A stretch of 19,200 nucleotides of DNA from Planctomycetales bacterium. Lineage in GTDB: Bacteria; 4484-113. The stretch's first letter is position 1, and each line of letters starts with the position of its first letter. The DNA is taken from assembly GCA_037441675.1 (NCBI GenBank), contig JBBIRS010000014.1, positions 1 through 19,200 of the forward strand, in the 5' to 3' direction. The position numbers and the translations under genes are program-made. This document shows, one piece after another, positions 1-7,959 of this stretch. Below the pieces are notes generated by a model. It saw only the letters and a list, made by a program, of their open reading frames with translations, was not told the origin of the DNA and did no database searches.

Positions 1-60
1 CGCCGAGACGGCGGGGTGCAAGCCCCCTTCAGGGTGAACCCGCACTACAGGGCGTGAAGG
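1..60. other. GC-rich structured element cut by the window edge (possible ncRNA or group II intron 5' remnant)
   Basis: Hairpins CGCCG-AGA-CGGCG (1-13) and GGGGT-GCAA-GCCCC (GNRA tetraloop). Far more GC-rich than the following DNA. Identity not established. Confidence 0.25.
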
Positions 61-98
61 AGCGCGATTGTTGTAAAATAATGTGTGAGTTGATACGT

Positions 99-809
99 AT
101 GAACGCAAAAGAGATACAGTATTACTTAAGCATCATTGGGGCTTTTGTTATCGTTGGCGTATTTGGGTTACTCTTATATTACGTAGCGAGTAATTCTGAG
201 AGAACTTTATTCGCAGAGGTTCAGGCAAAGATAGAGGAAGATTTTAAGAAACCTCAAATAACGGAAGATCCGACAAAGAGCGAGACCGCATGGGGCTATC
301 AGGTGGCGAAATGTATAACGCGAGCGTTGGATGAAGCCGAGGCGGGGATGATATCTGCCGCGGAGCTTTTGAGCATTGCGCCGAACCTCCGCCAGGGCGA
401 TCCTGTTCCTTGGGATAAGATTAAGGATACTGAGATTGTTCTTGTGGAAATTTCCGGGGCAGATCTTACAACCGCCATCGCAAACGGCGTCAAATTCCAT
501 CCGCGAAAAAATAGCAGTTTCTTGCAGGTATATGGCATGAAAATTCTTGGCTTGAAGGATGAAGATATCACGAAGGTGAGCAGTATCCTGATAGGAGAGG
601 AAGTGGTTGTTGCGGACAAAAAGTATAAGGTTGCTATGACTAAGTTTATGGCGGAAGGTGGAGGACCATTTGTGGGCTTGGATTCTATTAAGATTATTTC
701 AGAACCTAGAAGTCTTGAGCAAGCACTAAGAAAATTTTTATTCCCAACTGGAAGGGTAGGACCCGCAGAAACCACATACCTTTTCACGAGCAAGAAAGAG
801 CTTACGTAG
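99..809 (+). CDS. Membrane-anchored protein with a 5'-nucleotidase C-terminal (substrate-binding) domain only
   Basis: N-terminal TM (YYLSIIGAFVIVGVFGLLLYYVA). 5_nucleotid_C-like motifs: SETAWGYQVAK, LVEISGADLTTAIANGV, FLQVYGM, KKYKVAMTKFMAEGGG. ATG at 99 preferred over the ORF-track start at 54. Confidence 0.72.
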   Translation: MNAKEIQYYLSIIGAFVIVGVFGLLLYYVASNSERTLFAEVQAKIEEDFKKPQITEDPTKSETAWGYQVAKCITRALDEAEAGMISAAELLSIAPNLRQGDPVPWDKIKDTEIVLVEISGADLTTAIANGVKFHPRKNSSFLQVYGMKILGLKDEDITKVSSILIGEEVVVADKKYKVAMTKFMAEGGGPFVGLDSIKIISEPRSLEQALRKFLFPTGRVGPAETTYLFTSKKELT

Positions 810-913
810 ATAACTCACTTGCAGATAATTTCAGAGTTTACTCTGCAACGTTCAGATTAAGAGATGGAAGAGGTGAACGCTGACAAGATCACAAAAGAAA
901 CATAAAGTTTTTG

Positions 914-2038
914 TTAGACGTCAAAGACTTGATAAACGAAGACAGGTTCCCTTCTTCCACGAAGTTCAATGTTGCCAAGTTCAACAACCTTCATTCCTTT
1001 GAGGCTTCTGTAGACGAGCTTGTAAGTGGAATCAGCCATAGCGATGGAGTTATTAGGGATAGAGGTACACAAACGAGCGGCAACGTTGACGGTGTCACCC
1101 AGGGAGGTAAAATTCATCATCATATTCTCAACTCCGATGTTACCGGTGACAACCTCGCCGGAACATAAGCCAATACCCATATAGAATTCCTCTTCAAGTT
1201 TGCGGGATCTCTTCCTGTTATAGTTTTTTAGGAACCTGATAGCTTCGATAGAAGCTTTGAGTGAGTTTTTAGCGTTGCGGGCGGGATCCTCCTCGGAGCC
1301 AAATATCGCCATAAGACCATCACCTAAAAACTTGTAAACGACACCGTTATTTCTAATTACAATGTCCGGCATTCGGCCGAGAAGTTCGTTGAGGACGGAA
1401 AGCACTTCCTTGGGTTGGTGGATTTCAGCAAAGAATGTGTAATGTCTTAAGTCTAGAAAGAGAACCGTGACCTTTTCAAGTTTTCCCGCTTTGACAAGTT
1501 GAAGTTCTCCACGAAGGGTGCTTGCCACGAGATCAACCGGTAGAAAGTACCAAATCTTTTGCACATCCAGAAATTTGGAGTAGAAAAAGCCAAGCTCGTC
1601 AATAAGATGGCGAAGCTGGAGAATGTTGGTGGAGGACAAGCGTTCAGTAGCGGTCTTGAATAACTTAAAGAAGACTACTCGGTGGCGTTGGATGAATCTA
1701 CGGAACTCTTCCTTCTCGAGGGCAAGAAGGTTGGCTCCTTCCCTTGCCCTCACCGTGGCAGTTGCTGGAGAGTTTAGGATGATTCCAATTTCACCAAAGT
1801 AATCGCCCGAGCTTAACGTATCTATTCTTACAAGCCTGTGCCCAATTTGCTTGAACACGTCCATCTGTCCACTCTCGATGAAAAAGACCCTATTTGGGTG
1901 CTTGCCCTCGTGAATTATGTAATCTCCCGGCTCAGGCTTTAGGATCTGTAAATGCTTCGCTAGTAGTCTCAAATCTTCCTCTGCAACTTCATCAAATAAT
2001 GGAAATGCCTTTAGGCGCTTTGTAGATACCGAGTTCAT
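914..2038 (-). CDS. Cyclic-nucleotide-binding-domain class III adenylate cyclase
   Basis: N-terminal cNMP fold (PGDYIIHEG, FFIESG, GDYFGEIG). Cyclase motifs VLFLDLRHYT, YKFLGDGLMAIFG, GIGLCSGEV, FTSLGDTVNVAARL, ELRGRREPV. The Lys and Thr specificity residues fit an ATP-using class IIIb enzyme. Confidence 0.9.
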   Translation of the reverse strand: MNSVSTKRLKAFPLFDEVAEEDLRLLAKHLQILKPEPGDYIIHEGKHPNRVFFIESGQMDVFKQIGHRLVRIDTLSSGDYFGEIGIILNSPATATVRAREGANLLALEKEEFRRFIQRHRVVFFKLFKTATERLSSTNILQLRHLIDELGFFYSKFLDVQKIWYFLPVDLVASTLRGELQLVKAGKLEKVTVLFLDLRHYTFFAEIHQPKEVLSVLNELLGRMPDIVIRNNGVVYKFLGDGLMAIFGSEEDPARNAKNSLKASIEAIRFLKNYNRKRSRKLEEEFYMGIGLCSGEVVTGNIGVENMMMNFTSLGDTVNVAARLCTSIPNNSIAMADSTYKLVYRSLKGMKVVELGNIELRGRREPVFVYQVFDV

Positions 2039-2160
2039 TTCATTCCTCTTGATCTATCAATTATAAGACTTTTGAAGAATGTACTTTTGAGTTATCTTGG
2101 TTGGTCATTGTGCGATTCTCTTATTTATTTTGAAAGCCTAATAGCATACTTTTCGCTCAT

Positions 2161-3786
2161 TTATCTGATCCAGGGCAGAAGAGAGGAGATCTCAATATTA
2201 ACTTCACCTAAGAATTTTCCGCCAAGAAAGTCCTGAAGAAGTAGCTCCGAAAGTTTTTCAATAATACCTGTGTAGGAAGAATCCCCCTCGGGAAGCTCTA
2301 CCGAGGAAGTGATATTAGAGATTGCCTTCGTAAGAGCATCGCTGGTTGCAAGATGATACTCCTCGGCTATCAGTGCGGATTTTGTCTTAACACCCTTGAT
2401 GGCAACAGTTACTTCAATGGCTATGACTTTGGCAAAAAGCTCGGTAGCTTTCAAGAGTTTCTTCGCACTGGTAAAGGACATACTGACGAAGTCTTCCTGG
2501 TCACCTGAAACTGAAACGTTTGTGAGAATTGCGGGAGAGGCTAAGTGATTTATCTCCGCTATAAGGGACGCATCAACGTACTGAAGAAGCATAAGTCCAC
2601 TTTCTATCCCGCCTTGCAATGCAAGAAAGGGGGGAAGATTTGAATCAAGTCCCGGATGAAGGAGCTGGTTCACTCTGCGCTCGCTCATCATTGCGGAGCG
2701 AGCAAGTGCTAAGGCGCAAGTTTCGGCGCTTACCGCAAGCTGTTCTCCGTGAAAGTTCCCGCCGGAAACAATGAGCTCATCTTTGTAGAAAATGAGCGGA
2801 TTATCAGTTGAGCTGTTCATTTCAACAGAAAGAACCTCAGCAAGATGGGAGAATGCGGAAAGCAGACTTTCGCAAGTAATGACAAAACATCTGAAGGAGT
2901 AAGGGTCTTGAACCTTATCGCAGTGCAGGTGGGACTTTCTAAGCTCACTTTCAAAGGTGAGCTTGCGCATAACATCTGCAATTTCTTGGGAGAACCCGTG
3001 AGGTTTTTCCTGATAGAGCAGATTATTAAAGTGGGTATCTGCGGCGCCGTAGGCTTCGTGGGAAAGGGCGGACGCAACTAGAAGCGCGGGAAAAAGAGAG
3101 GTGAAATTCTTTAGAGCTAGAATGAGCATTGCTTGACTAACTGCGGTTGAGTTTATCAGCGCTAAGCCTTCCTTTTCCTTTAGACTCAATGGGGAGAGAC
3201 CAAGTCGGTTGAGGGCTTCCATGGCGGGAAGCCTTTCGAAGCCTTGGGATTCTCCTGAGTAAATTGGCGCCTCGCCTCGAGTAAAAACCTCACCCTCGCC
3301 AATTAGTGCAAGAGCGATACTCGCAAGTGGTGCAAGGTCGCCACTCGCGCCAAGACTACCTATGGATGGAACAACTGGTATAAAGTCTAGGTTTATAACT
3401 TTAGCCAAGAATTCAGCAGTTTCAGGGCGAACGCCTGAGCGAGCACGAACAATGCCATTGAGTAGAATAAGCATAGCTAAACAAACTGCACTTGTTTGTA
3501 ACGGCTCTCCCACACCGGAGGCGTGGCTTCTTATGAGGTTCAGCTGAAGCTTCTCCACCATATCTCCCGTGATGCGCTCCTTGGCAAACTTGCCAAAACC
3601 GGTGTTTACTCCGTAAATTGCCTTATCCTTCTTAAGTTCTTCTTCCAGAAAATCTCGGCATTCTTTAACACGAGAAAGCGCAGTATCACTAATCCCAACG
3701 AAAGGATTACTTTTAAGGAACGCAAAAGCATCTGATATTTTCAGCAGTTTTTCACCGAGGACAAGCCTGCTCCCCGTTAGTTCCAT
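2161..3786 (-). CDS. hutH: Histidine ammonia-lyase
   Basis: IYGVNTGFG, LIRSHASGVG (SH substrate motif), MIO-forming GASGDLAPL, QDPYSFRC, TDNP, GGNFHG, QED. ATG at 3786 follows an AAGGAG RBS, so it is preferred to 3834. Confidence 0.88.
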   Translation of the reverse strand: MELTGSRLVLGEKLLKISDAFAFLKSNPFVGISDTALSRVKECRDFLEEELKKDKAIYGVNTGFGKFAKERITGDMVEKLQLNLIRSHASGVGEPLQTSAVCLAMLILLNGIVRARSGVRPETAEFLAKVINLDFIPVVPSIGSLGASGDLAPLASIALALIGEGEVFTRGEAPIYSGESQGFERLPAMEALNRLGLSPLSLKEKEGLALINSTAVSQAMLILALKNFTSLFPALLVASALSHEAYGAADTHFNNLLYQEKPHGFSQEIADVMRKLTFESELRKSHLHCDKVQDPYSFRCFVITCESLLSAFSHLAEVLSVEMNSSTDNPLIFYKDELIVSGGNFHGEQLAVSAETCALALARSAMMSERRVNQLLHPGLDSNLPPFLALQGGIESGLMLLQYVDASLIAEINHLASPAILTNVSVSGDQEDFVSMSFTSAKKLLKATELFAKVIAIEVTVAIKGVKTKSALIAEEYHLATSDALTKAISNITSSVELPEGDSSYTGIIEKLSELLLQDFLGGKFLGEVNIEISSLLPWIR

Positions 3787-3958
3787 TGAAACGCTCCTTG
3801 TTGATGCGAATGGATTATTCAAAGAATATAGCACTTTACGAAGGAAATACCATTTCTTGATGAGCGGAAATTGGAAATTATTTTTTAGGGGATGCGAAGT
3901 GAATCAATTGGGTAACATGATGGCAGAAAAGTAAGACAAACCATTTGTAGTTAGTTAA

Positions 3959-4960
3959 CTATTCCCACAAGGGCTTGCCTGGTAAAGAGTTGAGGGCGTT
4001 GTCTTTAAGTCCAAGGAGATAAAGAATCGTAGGCGCAATATCAAGCATTGTTCCTTCCTTGAAGCTGTGATTGCGGTCGTTTATGACGAAGAAGCAATCA
4101 GGGGCGTTCGTATGCGATTTTTTCCCCTCATCAAAGCCATGATCGGTCGTAACAACTAGAACCGTATCATCCCACAATCCTTTCTTTTTCAGAAAGGCGG
4201 TAACTAGTCCGAGCCATTCGTCGCATCTCATTATTGCCTCTTCATACTCTAAAGAGTTCTCGCCAAACTTGTGCCCTGCTCTGTCTGGGTCGGCGAAATG
4301 GACGAAGATGGCAAAGAAGTTATGCAATGAGAGTTTTTTTATGACATCAATGAGAATTCTGCCGATTTCCTCCGCATCCCGAGGCGTATCGCCTAACCAC
4401 AGATCAAATGCACCTTTCGCATTCATCCATGGCTCGCCCTTGTCCGTGCCTTCTCTCTTGGAGCCTTTACCGCCTCCCCACTTTATGTTCGGACCAAGGG
4501 AGCCTAAATTGTGGCTTTTGCTGGCAATGAAGGCGGTGAAGATTCGCCTGTCTGTTTTACTCTCAAGTATTTCAAATATTGTTGCATCCTTCGGGATTGG
4601 TTGAAAATTTCTGTTACTGAGAACTCCTGATTTTTCCGCAGGTAGTCCCGTTATAATTTGTGTCCAGCCGGATTTTGTGTCCGTTGCGTGGTCAGTTATC
4701 TTGAGCGTTACGAGCGAGCCTTCATTTATGATATGAGATAGGTTTGGAAGCTTGCCAGATTCGAGTAGATCACTTAAATGCTCCCGCTGGACACCGTCCC
4801 AACCGATTAGAAGGAGATTCTTTGAAGGATGCCAATCTGCGGAAACTCCACCTCCACTTTCAACTCCGGTCCCGACAGATGATGTTAATGTGGCACCGCT
4901 AATTAAAAGCGGAATTAGAAGGACGGCTAGTATTATGAAAATTTTTGAATACCTTCGCAT
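3959..4960 (-). CDS. Exported alkaline-phosphatase-superfamily enzyme (type I phosphodiesterase / nucleotide pyrophosphatase-like)
   Basis: Signal-peptide-like N-terminus. Metal-site motifs LIGWDG, TDTKSGWTQIITG (Thr nucleophile region), DPDRAGH, TTDHG, DIAPTIL. GGAGG RBS upstream. Confidence 0.82.
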   Translation of the reverse strand: MRRYSKIFIILAVLLIPLLISGATLTSSVGTGVESGGGVSADWHPSKNLLLIGWDGVQREHLSDLLESGKLPNLSHIINEGSLVTLKITDHATDTKSGWTQIITGLPAEKSGVLSNRNFQPIPKDATIFEILESKTDRRIFTAFIASKSHNLGSLGPNIKWGGGKGSKREGTDKGEPWMNAKGAFDLWLGDTPRDAEEIGRILIDVIKKLSLHNFFAIFVHFADPDRAGHKFGENSLEYEEAIMRCDEWLGLVTAFLKKKGLWDDTVLVVTTDHGFDEGKKSHTNAPDCFFVINDRNHSFKEGTMLDIAPTILYLLGLKDNALNSLPGKPLWE

Positions 4961-5048
4961 ATTGCCTCCCGAGATACTTTCTTAATTTAGAAGTGGAATT
5001 ATAAAAAGTCAAATTAAAAATTTAGTGGTAAAATGATGGGGAAAGGGA

Positions 5049-5789
5049 ATGAATGAGGAGGAAACTAAACGGCTTCTTGGTAGGAAGCCATTTATTGAAG
5101 AAGAATTTAAGGGGAATAAGGTTCTACTGCATGTCTGTTGCGCACCTTATGCGACTATTCCTATCAATAGATTATTAGAGGTAGCGGAAAAGCTGACCTG
5201 CTACTTTTACGACCCCAATATCTATCCCCCTGAGGAGTATATGAAACGGCTAAATGAGATGAGGAGGCTTGCGGAGAAGTGGTGCATAAACACAATTGAG
5301 GGGAAGTATTTCAACGCGCCTACTCAAAGTGTTCGGACGGACTTCCTTGTCAGCGAGGACGAGTTGTTGAATGAGGGTGAGTATGACGCAATGCCTTTAA
5401 AGCCTGTGGGCGAGCTTGAAAATGCGCTTAGATCAATGATGGAAGGTGGTTCTTACAACGAGGTAGCGGAAAAGCTGATGGGATTTGCTTCAGAGCCTGA
5501 AGGCGGATTGAGGTGCAGTTTATGCATTGATTTGCGACTAACGAGAACCGCGGGGTTGACGAAAATTCTTGGATATGATGCCTTTGCGACCACCTTGACC
5601 CTTTCTCCTAAAAAGAACGCTGATCAGGTGAATCTAACAGGGGAATGCTCGGGAAGAAAGTTTGGCGTTAAGTACATTTGGACGAACTTTAAGAGGGCGG
5701 AGGGGTTTAAGGAAAGCGTTAGAATCAGCAAGGAGTTGAATCTCTACCGCCAAAAGTTTTGCGGATGCAAGTACTCCGAGAGGGCATGA
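5049..5789 (+). CDS. queH: Epoxyqueuosine reductase QueH (DUF208)
   Basis: LLHVCCAP, FYDPNIYPPEEY, EGGLRCSLC, FATTLTLSPKK, LYRQKFCGCKYS. Confidence 0.88.
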   Translation: MNEEETKRLLGRKPFIEEEFKGNKVLLHVCCAPYATIPINRLLEVAEKLTCYFYDPNIYPPEEYMKRLNEMRRLAEKWCINTIEGKYFNAPTQSVRTDFLVSEDELLNEGEYDAMPLKPVGELENALRSMMEGGSYNEVAEKLMGFASEPEGGLRCSLCIDLRLTRTAGLTKILGYDAFATTLTLSPKKNADQVNLTGECSGRKFGVKYIWTNFKRAEGFKESVRISKELNLYRQKFCGCKYSERA

Positions 5790-5947
5790 TAGGAGGCGTG
5801 AGAGAAGGCACTAGAGAATAAGAGAGTTGCTTTGATGAATTTTTATATCCCGTCACTCTCCCGAGAGAACTTTCGCTTGCAACCTGTATAACTTAGTGAT
5901 AAATATTGCGCGATAAGAAAGTATCCGATAGAAATCTATCCAAGGGG

Positions 5948-5978
5948 TATAATAGGGTTAGGATTGACGCACTGAGGT
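5948..5978 (+). promoter_or_regulatory. Putative -10 box (TATAAT) and RBS (GAGGT) for the S8 protease gene
   Basis: Perfect TATAAT at 5948-5953 and GAGGT at 5974-5978 before ATG 5986. No clear -35. Confidence 0.4.
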
Positions 5979-5985
5979 TCTAATT

Positions 5986-7680
5986 ATGCGAAAATTGATG
6001 TTTTCTTTCCCCTTCAAGCGTGGAGCAATTTTAAGGGGCATTTGCTCATTGACATTACTTTTCCTAATTTGGTCGCAGGGCTTTTCCGCATATGGAGAGA
6101 GTGGGCTTGTTCACAACAACGAAGTTATTGTCAAGATGAAAAGCGGAAAGTCCGTTAGCGATCTCTCCAAGGCGATTAGCAAGAGAGTCGAACTACTTTA
6201 TACACTGCCTCTTTCATATACGACTTATGAACTTGTTCAGGCGCCTGAAGGTGTAGACCCTTTTGTGTTTTCGCTGGAGCTAGTGAGAAGCGGGTTGGTA
6301 GAATTCGCCTATCCTAACGTGAAGAAGCAAGTTAGCAGTTTGGATGAACTGCAGAAGGGAAGCCCTTTCATTCCCAATGATCCTTACTTTCTTGGTGAAG
6401 GCAACGCAAGTTTGGAGGAGGCTTTTGATAATCCTAGACGCAACCAATGGGGGCTTTTATACACAAACGCGCCATTTGCCTGGAAGTTCACCACCGGGCG
6501 TGATGATGTTGTTGTTGCGGTAATTGACACGGGGATTGTATTTCTTCATCCTGAGCTTGAGGGTAGGCTATGGGAAAATCCGGGAGAGATACCCGGCAAC
6601 GGAAGAGATGATGATGCAAATGGTTTCGTTGATGACATTTACGGCTATGACTTTGCGGATTGGGATCAATCCCGCGGTAGGTTGGGCGATCCGGATGTCA
6701 CGGATGAGCAAGCGCCGTACGAGTCTCATGGGACGTGGGTAGCTGGAGTGATTGGAGCAAGAGGAAATAACCGCGAAGGAATCGCTGGAGTGGCGGGAGG
6801 TGGCAATGGCTTTCCAGGGGTTAGGCTAATGATAATTAGAGTTGGCACAAACAGCGATATTTCAGTTGCGGCGGAGGCTGCGGCATTGGATTATGCTGTT
6901 TCAAACGGCGCAAAAATTATAAATATCAGCTTTGGAGGCGAGCCGGGAGGCGAGGTTGAGGAGAACGCAGTAAGGGATGCATGGAACCGAGGCGCGGTTA
7001 TTATTGCTGCGGGAGGGAATGAGCCTGTGAATTCTGGGAGATTGGATTGGCCCGCGGCTCTGCCTCAAGCTATATGCGTAGGCGCAACTACTATTTTTGC
7101 CGCTACCAAAGTTAACCCTGCAACGCAGATAATCAATGAAACAATCGCAGATTACAGCAAGACTGGACCTGAGATGGATGTGGTGGCGCCTGGAACTAAC
7201 ATTTTGACCATTCACGAGGATGACGCTTACACATTTCACCCTGACTTCCAGTTCACTGGAACTAGCGCTTCTACTCCAATTGTTGCGGGATTTGCCGCGC
7301 TTATACTCTCCCACTATCCAAATTTCAACAATACTCAACTGCGGGATAAGATTTATTCCAGCACCATTGATATGGGTGCAAGCGGTTGGGACGAGGTTTA
7401 CGGGCACGGAAGAATTGATATGGCAAAAGCATTTCCGCAACAACCGCCTCAGGGGCGTCCTGGAGACTATGATAGGGATGGGGATGTGGATGAAGATGAC
7501 GTTCTGAAGATTATTCAGCACTTTGGGCATATCAGTAGTTATGATGGGGGAACCCCAACTGATTCTGAGGACGACATAATTGACGGAAATCAGGACGGTA
7601 TCGTTGATGAGCTTGACATTTTTGTGATTGGCAGAAATTACACTGGTTCCAGCGATTCAGAGCCATCTAGAACTCGCTAG
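5986..7680 (+). CDS. Secreted S8 subtilisin-family serine protease with C-terminal dockerin-like repeats
   Basis: Signal peptide and prodomain (NEVIVKMKSG...VEFAYPN). Catalytic triad in VAVIDTG, SHGTWVAG and GTSASTP; oxyanion Asn in AAGGN. C-terminal paired Ca-loop repeats GDYDRDGDVDEDD and DGNQDGIVDELD. Confidence 0.92.
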   Translation: MRKLMFSFPFKRGAILRGICSLTLLFLIWSQGFSAYGESGLVHNNEVIVKMKSGKSVSDLSKAISKRVELLYTLPLSYTTYELVQAPEGVDPFVFSLELVRSGLVEFAYPNVKKQVSSLDELQKGSPFIPNDPYFLGEGNASLEEAFDNPRRNQWGLLYTNAPFAWKFTTGRDDVVVAVIDTGIVFLHPELEGRLWENPGEIPGNGRDDDANGFVDDIYGYDFADWDQSRGRLGDPDVTDEQAPYESHGTWVAGVIGARGNNREGIAGVAGGGNGFPGVRLMIIRVGTNSDISVAAEAAALDYAVSNGAKIINISFGGEPGGEVEENAVRDAWNRGAVIIAAGGNEPVNSGRLDWPAALPQAICVGATTIFAATKVNPATQIINETIADYSKTGPEMDVVAPGTNILTIHEDDAYTFHPDFQFTGTSASTPIVAGFAALILSHYPNFNNTQLRDKIYSSTIDMGASGWDEVYGHGRIDMAKAFPQQPPQGRPGDYDRDGDVDEDDVLKIIQHFGHISSYDGGTPTDSEDDIIDGNQDGIVDELDIFVIGRNYTGSSDSEPSRTR

Positions 7681-7698
7681 GAACTGGGAGGGTTGATG

Positions 7699-7780
7699 CC
7701 CCTCTGTCAAGGATAAGTTGTGTGACAAGCTTTGCGATTTCTGATTAGCCATACACTTAAAGCCCCCTGCGCTAAAGATG
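7699..7780 (+). mobile_element. Possible solitary IS256/ISLre2-like terminal remnant
   Basis: TGTCAAGGATAAGTTGTGTGA (7705-7725) followed by AAAGCCCCCTGCG resembles, from memory, left ends of IS256-type elements. No transposase or partner end is visible. Confidence 0.25.
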
Positions 7781-7959
7781 AGTAGTAATGGAGGGAGGAA
7801 AGTTGTGGTAAATAAGGGTAGTCATATCCGCAAGACTTTGAAAGTTCAGCGCAGAGCAGTAGAGAGCGATGATAAATTAAGTGGACTAATAGGCGTTATT
7901 AAAGCAGGCATTATGAAAAGCGGGCATTATTTGTCACTGCTTCTTAATGAAAAAGTATC

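Noticed and set aside
54..98. Longer start for the first ORF (and similarly 3834 for hutH and 15428 for the MBL gene)
   Set aside because: Downstream ATGs fit the domain boundaries better and, for hutH and the MBL gene, have an RBS.
819..848. TTGCAGA...TCTGCAA inverted repeat between the convergent first two genes
   Set aside because: Short stem, large loop and no U-tract; too weak to call a terminator.
914..2038. Cyclase as part of a Pycsar/CBASS-type defence system
   Set aside because: It has standard ATP-specifying residues and no adjacent TM or TIR effector gene; the context is metabolic.
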